Of a stretch of DNA of 64,000 nucleotides, positions 49,753 through 60,844 are shown piece by piece. The notes beneath the pieces are model-generated. The model was given only the letters and a program-made list of their open reading frames with translations. It was not told where the DNA came from and searched no databases. The stretch is from NCBI GenBank assembly GCA_023515725.1, contig JALDTO010000142.1, positions 248,001 through 312,000 of the forward strand, given 5' to 3'. Each line of letters begins with the position of its first letter. The stretch's first letter is position 1. This DNA comes from Amoeboaphelidium protococcarum X5 (lineage: Eukaryota > Fungi > Aphelidiomycota). The position numbers and the translations under genes are program-made.

Positions 49753-51066
49753 TCATGAGTAAGAGAGTTGATCATTACTAGCAGCAGGTTTCTGCTCCCT
49801 CTCTTCATCTTCAGTCTGTTCAAACTCTGACTCGTCCAGCACATCATCAATAGCATCGTCAAAGTCTACAAATTTCTTCATGATTTTAAAAGCGTGTTCT
49901 TATCCGCGCTTCTTCTTATCTGAGCTGGAGTGAGCATTATCATCATCATCAGCTTTAAAGTACGCGTAGAATTCCATCAGCTCTTCCTCATCATGAATGT
50001 AAAAACCGAGAAGCATTGACGGATCGAGTCGCGATATGTCCAGGCTTTTAGGCACGCGTTGACTATAAGTAGCCAAGTCAGTGTCTGCCATTGAGCCATC
50101 CTAAGATAAAGATACGGCATCTTGTACATAATGAGGGTCCAAGTATAAAAGATTGTCCCTTGTTTCAAGTCCCACAAAATAGAATGCAGAATTAGGTTTA
50201 CCTCTACACGTAACTCTATAATATGAGACTATGAATTAAAAAAAAAGAAGAAATATATCTTACCCAGCAATACCGACAGACCACCTACAGGTCAGGCACA
50301 ATCTTATGCTATCATGATAAATCTAGTTGACTTGATCAATGCCTAGTCTAGTAGGAACAAGTACTAGGAGTGAATTGCCATCTTGAATGACCTCTGACAT
50401 TTAATCCAAGTATAGAGTAGAATCTTGAGATATAACAACTCGGAGTTGTCTTTATTATGAAGCATTATCCTTCTCGCTATCATTGTCAATATCTAGACCT
50501 GAATTGCACAGATGTTTGAGAACATTGGCGATAGTTGATGGTCCATGCCATGTACGCTCAGCTTTGCCATAGTACTATGAAGCGACTGCACACAAGTTTT
50601 AGATTGAATACTGAGATGATGTAGTGTCCAAGAACATTTTAATAACTTGGAGACGTGCTTCAGATTAATTTCTGTCATTTAGCATTTAGAATCTCATCTA
50701 TAAAGCTCTAGCCATAAGCATTTGACCGCAGCGAATCATACATCCCCATCCGGCATCGCTGTCAAACTGTGAACCACCCGTCATCTACCGCCGATATGAA
50801 ATATATATTATATCTTGAAACTTTCCCACTAGCTTCGCTGGCCACCTGGTGTCATTATCACTTTCCTCATTGAGAAATAATTCATCAAAAAGCATCAGCT
50901 ATTTCACAGAGGAAGATGATGAGGTGTACGCCCAGAACTAGTGGGAGGCCTGGCTTCAGCTGTTTATAGCACCCCGAACAGTCGCTTTAATGTTCTAAGA
51001 CACACCATCGATCCACTAGCGCATAGCTTCTGTTTTATTTTATTATTGCGGAGTTTCTTCAGACAT
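49753..51066 (-). CDS. ATG4: Cysteine protease Atg4 (1 intron)
   Basis: SDAGWGCMIRCGQMLMA, WYGPS, LVPTRLG, YLDPH and LDPSMLLGF. Confidence 0.92.
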
Positions 51067-51344
51067 ATTCAATTTTAATTTCTATCTTATTCCAATTACT
51101 TGGTATATTCTGTATAGCGGAGGTTTCAACGTTGAATGAGATGAGATGAAAAACTTGTCGCGTTCAACTGAAAGGTTGCTTCTTAAAACACTCCACTTTA
51201 ATGCTACAATGGAGTAAAATCAAAAGCATATTGTGCCTAAATAAAAACCAAAAAACAATGCAAGAATACCAGTAAAATCTAGATTTTGGCATATTTCCAC
51301 TCTATTAATCCCGTTATTCTCGCTCAACATTAACATCATCATTG

Positions 51345-53059
51345 TCAGAACTAGTTCATCGGTGGTCGCGCCAACATGGTGACGCCTGGTCGCGCAATCA
51401 TACCAGGACCCATCATAACTCCAGTCTAACCAGGTGGCATCATCATTTGTCCGGTCATCATTTGCTATTACTATTACTGCTGCATCATTTACTACTACTA
51501 CTACATGCCATTATTAGGCATCATTCCCGGTGCGGGATTGTAAAAGGTCGAATCCTAGTTGGCATCTCCAACGATAGTCTTGTCAGACATCTTGGTTCCT
51601 CTAGCGCCAGCGCCGACCAAAGTAGCATCAGTAGAACCTCCATTATTAGCCCCACCACCAATCAAAGTCTCTTCACCTTACTATGACTTCATTCCACCAC
51701 CCATACCGCCCATCATGCCATCAGGCTACTCAACCATTCTAGATTTGAGATCAATTCTGACACTGATGCACCTAGCATTATCCTCAGTGGCTCCCTTATA
51801 ATCCACACCAAATTATATCACATCACCAGGCTTCAATCTGTACGGTTTACTCTCTTTACCCGGTTCACTCAGACGCATAGCATTCAAGAATGTACCAGAC
51901 TATGATCGCGTATCTCTAATGTAAACCTCGCCATTCACGCTCCAAATCTCGGCATGATTTCGACTGATCACCTTACTCTTGAACGTGATCATCTCATCAG
52001 ACTGCGGCGCACTACCCACAAATCTTCCGATTTTCAGGATAGATACTACTGGCTTCTCAATAGGTGAGAATTTCTTGTTATCAGGAGTCATGATTATAAA
52101 CGTGACTGGCTAATTAGATGGCACCTTCTTATTTCCACCGCCTCCGCCACCGGCAACAAGCGTCGAGTTGGTATCACCCTGACCGGCAACCAGTGTGGTG
52201 TTGTTAGCAGATTATCCATCAGTAAAAGTGCTTTGAGTAGATCTAGCAGATGACACTTGAGGCTGTGGCATTCTGGCCTACTATTGCATATTCTATTACA
52301 TGGGATTCATAGCCTGGTTCATCATTGCCGGAGCCTATCTAGTCTGTGATTGTGCTTGCTGTTGCTATTACTACTACTGCATCATTTACTGCTATTGTAA
52401 CTGCTGTTATTACTGCTACTACTACATCGCAGCTGGATCTTGTTGCATCATCTGACCCATCTGATTACGACCAGGGAGCACAGCTAGAGTTGGCCCATTG
52501 TATGAGAATTAATCAGTCGGTGCCTTTTACACGTTTGTGCCTTGACTATTGCCTCCATAGGATTGAGCTGCCACAGGCTGAGAAGGAGCTTTCGCTTGAA
52601 ACAGAGCATTGATCCAATCATCCACCACCGCCGCATTAGTGCCGACGAAGATCAATTCTCGCACATTTGGGATTGTTATTTTGAAGCCAGGATCTTTCGG
52701 ACTTTCCTCAGGTGTCAGTCTGGAGATAACGCAGACGGTCAGATCGAGTGATCTTCTTGGAGATTGATCCTACACAAAGAGATAACGTGAACCGAATGAT
52801 TGATGACAAATTGAAACATAACTAGAATATCAATATACAAATTACTTTAGGAGTATGGTAATAATGAAGCACTCTTCCAACCTTGTCCAGGATCAAGTAT
52901 CGAAGACCCCATTTGGTAAATCCACCGTTACATTTCTTCTTCATTGCTCCAAGTTTGATATTAGGTCCATTCTACACTCGATATAATTCATTTTTATGAT
53001 CAATAGTGATCAACAATGATACTTACGCTAAAAGTTGTCGCTGCTGGGCCAGGTGCCAT
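51345..53059 (-). CDS. PH-domain plus FHA-domain protein with Q/M-rich linkers (2 introns)
   Basis: PH: GAMKKK...KWGLRYLIL...LHYY...DDWINAL. FHA: KIGRF...FKSKVISRNHAEIW...IRDTRSQSGTFLN...GDDIQFG. Confidence 0.8.
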
Positions 53060-53393
53060 ACTTCAATGATGTAACAGATATGCTAAAAATTGAGTATTCG
53101 AGTCGATAGATAAATTAATATACAAAGCTGCTAAGAGTTAGCGGGATAAGGTGAATGAAAGGTGGTGTGATTGTTAATCAAATCAAAACACTAAATACTG
53201 TTAGGAAAGTGGTTACGCTGAGATTCGCCCATAATCAAAGTGGTTGCTAACCGGGCTATATTTATACTACTAGGATGAAATTCAGAATGCAAATATTATT
53301 TAAATGGCCACACATTGTGTGCACATAATATACAATGACGTACACGAGTTTTTCGCATCAAAATATTCTGGCTTCTTGGTCAATGTTGATGTT

Positions 53394-53536
53394 AGAAGTA
53401 ATATCGTTTATTTGGTACCAAACTGAAAATGATCCTATTTTATCATTATTGTCATAATGATATAATGAAAATGATCATACTTTTTCAGTACTCTTTGGTA
53501 CCAAATAAACGATTGTAAAATATGCCTCGAAAATGT
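53394..53536. repeat. Left terminal inverted repeat, with an internal hairpin
   Basis: Reverse complement of 61604-61746 with about 5 mismatches. Confidence 0.95.
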
Positions 53537-54599
53537 TCAAACAGATCTTAAACACGCCCTGATATTCCTCACTTGTGATTGTGCTTTACAGTTCTCTATT
53601 GAATTGTTTTGACTTGAGTCTTGGCTGTGTCTAACATGTGTCTAGGATGAGCTTGATAATCTCGTTTCAATGATGATATAAAGCTCTCAACAGATGTACA
53701 TGATAGCTTTCACGTTTCACCCTTGCAGGTGTTCAGGTTTGGTGTTTGTCCTTTGATGATTTGGATCTTTGGCAGTTGACTAACCTTTGATGTTCCGCTT
53801 AACGACGAGATTATAATCTATATAACACACTCAATTCACTTTTATCCGAGAACACAGCAACATTTAACTCTTCGAGAGGAGCCTTCTTATCACTGTCAAT
53901 TGACTATAGCCAAAGGGAATATCCAGCAACGTCCCGGGCATGCCGACCAAGAGGTTCATTTCCTGTCGACCCACGACGTAGAGCGGCTCAGCGACGCAAC
54001 GCGACGGGGCGGCTCATAACTGAGTCTGCTATCCGTCTTCCTAGTCAGGCGGTTTTCTCTTCTTGCATCCCTCGACTTTACGCGTCTCAAAATCTTGGCT
54101 GTTTATATCGGACCTTCGCATCTTTATTCGAATAAATATAGGTGGTCTAGTCGCAGGTGTGAACTTGATTTTCTTGATGCAACTATGTGTTTCGACCCGC
54201 TTCCTTTTGATGTTAATCTTGTTTGTGACAGTTTGTTTCGTGATATGAATTTTGCCATTGGAACGGCTGGCTCTATATCTTGAGTGTTTGAAGGTTATAG
54301 TTTTCAGGTTTTTGGTTATATTTTGGTTTCGAGTCTAGAGTTCCTCGTTTCTGTGGCACCAGATATTCTTATATATAGCCGATTATAGACAGTCGCACGC
54401 GTATCGTAGCCAAGTTATTGCGTGTGAGTTGTCAATTATAGTTATAGCTTGTTATATGTCACTGTCAGTTATTATCATATTATGGATGTTGTGCGCGCCG
54501 AACGTGGGAGTATCGAGTTTCAGCCTTTGATGTTCCGCTTGGTCTCCATTTGAAACTTCAACATTTCTATATACCGCAAGATATTTTCAAAATAAATCA

Positions 54600-54837
54600 A
54601 TTAATTAAAGGTGAAGGGTAAATGGTGAAACATATAAAGGTAAAGCATCAATGCTCAAACCTGTAAAGTATGTCCAAATGGGAAAGGTAAAACATCAAAA
54701 GGTAAAAAAACATCAAAGGTTAAGTATCCAAAGGTCAAATGTCCAAAGGCCAAACATCCAAGGTGAAAGCTAAAAGGTATAAAAGTGCTCATAAATTCAA
54801 GGTGAAAGCTAAAAGGTATAAAAGTGCTCATAAATTC
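54600..54837. repeat. Degenerate AAAGGT/AAACATC-unit array ending in an exact 39-bp tandem duplication
   Basis: Recurrent aaaggt units; caaggtgaaagctaaaaggtataaaagtgctcataaatt occurs at 54759-54797 and 54798-54836. Confidence 0.8.
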
Positions 54838-54908
54838 CAGGACATCATTCGCTCGTTGCAAAGTTCAAATCTGTGGGCCACAAATTAATTTTGCGAGTAC
54901 AAGTATTT
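54838..54908 (-). ncRNA. Candidate Fanzor omegaRNA scaffold (boundaries uncertain)
   Basis: Lies directly 3' of the Fanzor stop. The minus strand folds as ctcg-caaaatt-aatttgtg/cacagatt-aactttg-cgag. The position matches known Fanzor omegaRNA loci. Confidence 0.45.
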
Positions 54909-57320
54909 TCATTGTATATTTCGAATGCGCCCTACGGCGCGGTAATTCCACTCAGGCCTGAAATTCCTTCTTCCCTTGTCTTCCCAGTGCTCAGCGTAGT
55001 AGACGACAACTTCTCGCATGTTAACACCTGCATTAACATCTCGATCAACAAAAACGGTGACACCTTCCACTCGACAATTCTGGCAAACGCCAAGCCTTGA
55101 TTGCACCATTTTTCGTTCACGATCGGGACATTGTCCAACAGCGTGTAGGACATTCAGTTATCCATCTTCTCCTTCAGCCACACAGCAAAAGACGGGTCGA
55201 CGATGACCATCGATTCTCCTCTTCTTATGCCGGTGATGGCAGCGCATAACACCAACGTTCTGCATATGCATCTCTTGATGGCAGGGAGCATGCAGCTTTG
55301 AGGTATTCGGCTCAGGCACCATCACCACCAGCGCGCAACGGCTAAGCTTATAGGCAAACCCACGGACAGGAACAGGGGAAGTCTTCTTAACATGTTAGAC
55401 AGCAGCATTACCATAGGCGATCACCGGAGGCTTTGGACGATCACCTGCAGGGACTGTTGGATCCAACATCCGACCAAAACTTTAACGCAGCCTCTTCTTT
55501 CGCCGATGCGCAGCGTAGCGACGGTAATAGTCGTCCTTCAGCGGAGCAGATGGCATCTCACGATTGTGTACCATGCTGTTCGCGACATTATCAAAGGCAG
55601 ATTATCTTGCACAAAACTTTCTCAGACGCCATTGACGGTGGAATGGAGCACAATAATAGTGCCAAACATGCTCATGCATCTCCAGATAGATTTGCAGATA
55701 TTCAGTCTTGCTCTTTACTTGAGACAGCCGTGCTTCAAATTGTAAGACCACAGGATGGTACGACTTGAACTGTCTCTCAGCAGAATCGAATTAGGACTCC
55801 AGAGTCAACTTACGCCAGTGCTTAGCAGTGAGACGCCCAGTCTATCTCAGCTATCGATGCGCTGCAGCCTCAGATTCAGCAGCAAGGACAGGGCCAGCAG
55901 TCCACACCATCACATTTATCTTACCCGGATCAACACCTATTACATTAGCTCCTTGTACGCGCGACCCCAATTACTTACAGTTAGTCAACGCCACAGCACC
56001 AACGCGCATCTTTGAAACATCCACCGACTTGGACTTTTTCACCTGCAAATCAGCCTTTGAATTCGCATAGGGAGGGGACTCCTTATCGAACTCCACTGTA
56101 ATGGAGCATCCAAAGCCATCAGTAGACAGACTGATCTCTTGCAAATTCTTAGCTTTGTTATGAAGCCTGACAGACTTTAGATTAATGAAGTCTTTCAAGT
56201 TAACCTTGTTGCGCAAGGATTAACGATCATTATCTAGAAGCCTCAGCTTTTCCACAGCAGTCAGGATCACTAGTTTGTCCACCTTGATATAGCGAGGCTA
56301 ATCTGTCCCCATAGGCAGAATATCAAAGCCCTTGATCTCCAGATTGTTTGCTGTCAGCTGCAAATACTCCATATATTTCAATAGCACATTCTGCCCATGG
56401 AGATTTGCAAAAGCACTACCAGCTCGCCCGGCCATATTAGTAGCCACCTTTTTGTTAGGCGCAACAGGCTATCTACTTTTCACTGCCCTGCTCTTCCTTT
56501 CAACTCTCAAAGCAGTAAGAGACCTGGGATTAGGATTTCGTACGTGGCGTCGCTATCTAGGCTCTCTCTTCTGGTAGGACGTGAACAGAATGTCCAGCAG
56601 AAACTCGCGGTGTACTTAGATCAACGCTTAGAGAGGCTCATTGTTACTAATTATATCCAAAACATCCTGCTTCAGTTATTAAGTAGAATTAACTTCTTCA
56701 CCTTCAGAGGACAGATCCTCGTCCGCAGACAGTTGGACTGGCGTGTCTGGATCAATATCTAGAAAGCTCGCATCCAGGTGCTCCTTTGCCAAAGATTTGC
56801 CTTCGGTCATTACAGTATTAAGCAGAATTAAAAACACCACCAGCTTACCACCAGTAATACCAAACGGCTCTAACCATTCTTTAAGAACGCGTTTCTGGTA
56901 GTCAAACAAAGTCTACGTCAAGTGCCACTTAACTGCCGCAATCATATGTCGTGACTGATACTCATACAAATTCGCATTAGGACCTTCAAGACTTGGGTGC
57001 TTCAAACGCGCCATTGCAGCAGCTCCAACAGATTCAGCCAGTTTCCCAATATGAGTAACAGTTTCAGGGTGATGGTGAGCGACATCAAACTGACTGTTTA
57101 CCAGAAACTCCAGCATATTAGCAAAAGCCTGTTGATGAGAGAGATCAGGCATCTTATCACCACGCTCGTGCCAAACATTCAGCGCAATGTAGACCAACCT
57201 TGACGCGGCCGACAGACGTTCAGATGCAACACGTAACCAGGATATCAGCTCCTTCTTGGATGCCTGGTTCATGTTCAGGGCTTGCTTCAAAGTGCACTTG
57301 CGTGTTGTTTCATAAACCAT
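54909..57320 (-). CDS. Fanzor1 (eukaryotic TnpB-like RNA-guided RuvC endonuclease), 803 aa, intact in table 6
   Basis: One frame from ATG 57320 to TGA 54909 with 17 TAR codons and no internal TGA. Motifs: GFDILP, YIKVD, STDGFGCSI, VIGVDPGK (RuvC-I D), VIAYGNA, PVP, VVMVPEPNTSK (RuvC-II E), CQNC, VDRDVNAGVNM (RuvC-III D), RPEW. Confidence 0.9.
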
Positions 57321-58396
57321 GACCTGTACTTATCAACTCGATAAAATGATAACGCGATATTAGAGAAATGAAAGTGAAAGTAATAGACATGAAAGTTGAT
57401 TATCTATTCTGAATTTATAAATAGACGTGACGATAGCTTATTTTTAAACCAGATTGGGTTTCTAGAATTTCGAAATATTGTCAACCAATCACGGAACATT
57501 AATCACGGCACACTCTATCTCCTGCAAACAGTCTTTAACAAATAATTTAGAGGCGTCTATTTATCAGATGAGCTACGTTTACTAAAGTTACTATTGTATT
57601 AATGAGTTTCGAACAAAGAGCAATTCCAGATTTATTTTAGACAGCGATATAAGGAACAGTTTGAATTGTTTGAACTTTTCCGTTGCAGGGCACTTTGAGC
57701 CAAATTTAACGCGTCTTAAGGTCCATTAACTTTGACATCTCACTTTAAAAAAGCAATTCAAGATAAAATTTTTTATGCTATATACGAATATTATTAAAAA
57801 TAACTCATTTTCCTAGTGGAATGTATAGCCGCCAAAGTGGGTGGTTGCGAGTTGATTCGTATCCCATCGGAGTATAGGCATGAAATTTTGTATGATTGCA
57901 GCATGTCACAATCTATGGCTATCGGTACTTGTATAACAAAATGACATAAAGCGGTGTTAAAGTCGCTTTAATCGCAATTTGGATTTGATTGCGACGGCCG
58001 TTTGAACTCACTGATGCAATTCACTAAGGGGTAATTAGAATTTTGACTTCGACGCGTAAATTTTTCAATAGAATTCAACAAATCAGAATTAATATTATTA
58101 TATTTGAACTTGCCGTGAAATCTTCTATGAGGTGATCATAAAATTTTACGTGTTTTCCCAGCGGATCATGTAGGTGCCGATTTGGGCATATGAGAGTTGA
58201 GTATGTTCCCGTAGGAGTAATGACATGAAATTTGGCATGGCTATTATAGAGCATATTCTAAGACTATTGGCGGTTGTAGAACAAAAAATATCAACTTGTG
58301 CTAAAATGACACGATGTATTAATCCAAAAATTTCAGGGGTACCTGAAATTTTTTTATTAATAAGAAGTTCACTCATCGTTTTTTTCTTTTCAAAAA

Positions 58397-58978
58397 ATGA
58401 GTTCACTCGAAGAAGCATTGAAGCCCTTGGCTGTCAGCAAAAAGAAACCTCTTAAAGGCGCACGAATTCCACTCGATGTTATTAATGAAATGTCAGCAAA
58501 CGGAGCCATTGTGAACAAGTTGGAGGGAGAAGAGTTGTACTCAGTCACCGGAATTACTTTTGAAGACAACGCCTGGATTACGTACGAAAAATGGGCTGGT
58601 GGTATTGACAAAGATCCGCGCGTCGGTGCTAATTTCGGCCCAGGACCCAACTTGGTTAATTCTGCTTTGGTTCCTACTGACAATTTGATTGGTAGTATTC
58701 AGCGTGAGGCCCGCTCAATTGTTAATCACTATGCTGGATTACGAGCTCAAGATTTCGAGAACGAAAATCATCCTCAAATTGGCCCTCCATTGCCTGCTCC
58801 GCCAATATTTACGCGTATTCATCATGCCAAGCTCGCATTGTCCAGTCTGATGAATCGTATTCAAGATCCTCCTAACGATTATCCTGTATTAAGATCATTG
58901 AGATCTGGGTCATATATTTGTACGATTGATCAGCAATGGGCTAATGCTGGTGTTGAAATTGTTGTATTCAAGCCATGA
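58397..58978 (+). CDS. Hypothetical cargo protein of the Polinton-like element (193 aa)
   Basis: Clean ATG to TGA ORF after an A-rich leader; no family recognised. Confidence 0.65.
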   Translation: MSSLEEALKPLAVSKKKPLKGARIPLDVINEMSANGAIVNKLEGEELYSVTGITFEDNAWITYEKWAGGIDKDPRVGANFGPGPNLVNSALVPTDNLIGSIQREARSIVNHYAGLRAQDFENENHPQIGPPLPAPPIFTRIHHAKLALSSLMNRIQDPPNDYPVLRSLRSGSYICTIDQQWANAGVEIVVFKP

Positions 58979-59283
58979 ACGTAGCTGAATCCTCTTGGCA
59001 TTAGTAATAAATCCTCTACTTTCATGATTTCTCTTATTTCTGTCAATATATTATGGAGATTTCAATAGACAAGTTTAACAGAATTCGCGCCCTGGGAGCT
59101 CGGGTTCACCAGTTGTTGTTCTTGACATAGATTTGGGTTTGCACAAAACAGTGGAATTCATGCATTATCAGTGTGTTGAATACAATGCTCTATTTGTTCA
59201 GAATGCACTTGAAGCAATCTGACAGTCAACAACTAAACTAATGGCATACCTTCTCCACCCGGGTTTAATGGTACCAATACGCA

Positions 59284-60310
59284 TTACTTTCTTAACCTTT
59301 TACTTTGTCTTCTATCAGGTTCAATACCTTCGCGTTCACGGATACGTTTATCTGCTCGATAGATGTCAAGTTGCTTCTGCCTCAATAAATTGTCGATATC
59401 TTGACTTAGTGGGGAAACCTTCAACACCTCAAATAAATTGAACTTTTGCTGCTTGCCTTCTACGCGAACACTATTCAATCCCACTTCTTCAACAATGTAG
59501 ACTTTCAATGTGAATCTTTGCCCTTCTTTCTCAACGCGCCTCGCTTATTCAATAGTCTTACAAAGTCACCGCGTTTGATTACAAAATTCTTGACGCTGTT
59601 ATTGTGAGCAATGCTCTTCCTTATGAATTCTACTTCATCATACATTTCTAGCTGCTCGGGTATCTTTGAGATGCTACTATGAAACGATGAGTTGTAGTTT
59701 TGAACAAAGTCCTGCAGCTTGTCAATCCATCTATTTGTATTCTTACTTGTCAGGTACTTTTCAATCATGATTTTTATAGTGCGATTGAACCTCTCTGCTA
59801 CGCCTAGACACTTCTTATCATCCTTTTCACGATACTGTGATGTTATGTTATGCTCATTCATCCAATTTGCAACGCGATTGTTTTGAAACTCTTTACCATT
59901 ATCCGTCTGCAGAACTTTCAATGGTCGCCCATCATTAATTGATTTCTGGTATATTTTATCCAATGCATTCAATACTGTTTCTTGAGTCTTATCCTTCAAA
60001 GCTGCAACATAAACATACTTGGTATTTATATTAATCACTATTAGTAAGATGTGATAGTTGGAGTTTTGTCTCTGATATCGCGTCAGAAAGGTTAAATCAG
60101 CCTGGTAATGGCCTAACTTACCATGAATCTTTGGTGAGAGCTTGGCATTCTTTGGTTTCTGAAACACTTGATTTACAGTATTGGATTCTGGGCGAGGAAT
60201 TCCTTGTCCTGTTTCATTGTAATCTTTGAGTTGATGACTTTTGCACGTCTCAACAATTTTTCAGCACCCACAAAGCCAGTCTTGGTATCATTGAAGAGTT
60301 GATTTTGTTG
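59284..60310 (-). pseudogene. Polinton-type retroviral-like (rve, DDE) integrase with two frameshifts
   Basis: FNDTKTGFVGAEKL at the N-terminus, then YQADL (D), LQTDNGKEF (D), AERFNRTIK (E), NYNSSFHSSI and GDFVRL. Frameshifts at about 60185 and about 59535; 5' end disrupted. Confidence 0.88.
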
Positions 60311-60844
60311 GAAGTGATGTTCAGCACGTCTGCCCCTGAACCGAAGCTAGAAAAGTTTTTTCACAAGGATCAAGACGCCACTCATATTGACTTTTGATCC
60401 TTGAATGATAGACATCAGCCACACGGCATATACATTTGATATTTATCTGTTTCACTTCATTTATATATTTCTACAGATTTAGCACTTGATTAACACTTGT
60501 TGACATAGTATATTTCAAAAAAGATAATCTTTGAAGATATTAATATTTAATGATTCATTATCCTTTATGGATGATTCAATTCCATTTGCCCCTCCCCCCT
60601 CACTTACACTTGTTGGATTGTTTGGTACAGTCACTTGTCAAGAATAGGTGATCTCCTGTGATAATAGGGTAGAATTCTTCAATTTTTTCATAAGACACAG
60701 GTTTCACATCAAAGACAAGATCAAACTCGTCAATGAGATAGTCCAAGGAAGAAAGCCTCTTGGGTTCATTGAAAGAAATCCGACTGGCTTTGACCATGAG
60801 ACATGTATATATAGGGAACTATTAAATTAAATAATTAAAATAGC

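Noticed and set aside
52340-52430. Trinucleotide-like repeats (also 51455-51505 and 8720-8765)
   Set aside because: These are coding poly-Gln tracts of mixed CAR/TAR codons, not independent repeats.
54600-54837. Possible CRISPR-like array next to the RuvC nuclease
   Set aside because: The 39-bp units are directly adjacent with no spacers, and the remaining units are irregular and degenerate.
55392-56070. Several plus-strand ORFs of 80-117 aa
   Set aside because: They are antisense shadows of the Fanzor gene.
59284-60310. LTR retrotransposon or Ginger element as the source of the integrase
   Set aside because: There are no LTRs, RT or RNase H, and no TG...CA ends. The AG...CT TIRs with a 6-bp TSD fit a Polinton-like element better.
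60600-60797. 65-aa minus-strand ORF inside the Polinton-like element
   Set aside because: It is too short and has no recognisable motif; it may be a remnant but cannot be supported as a gene.
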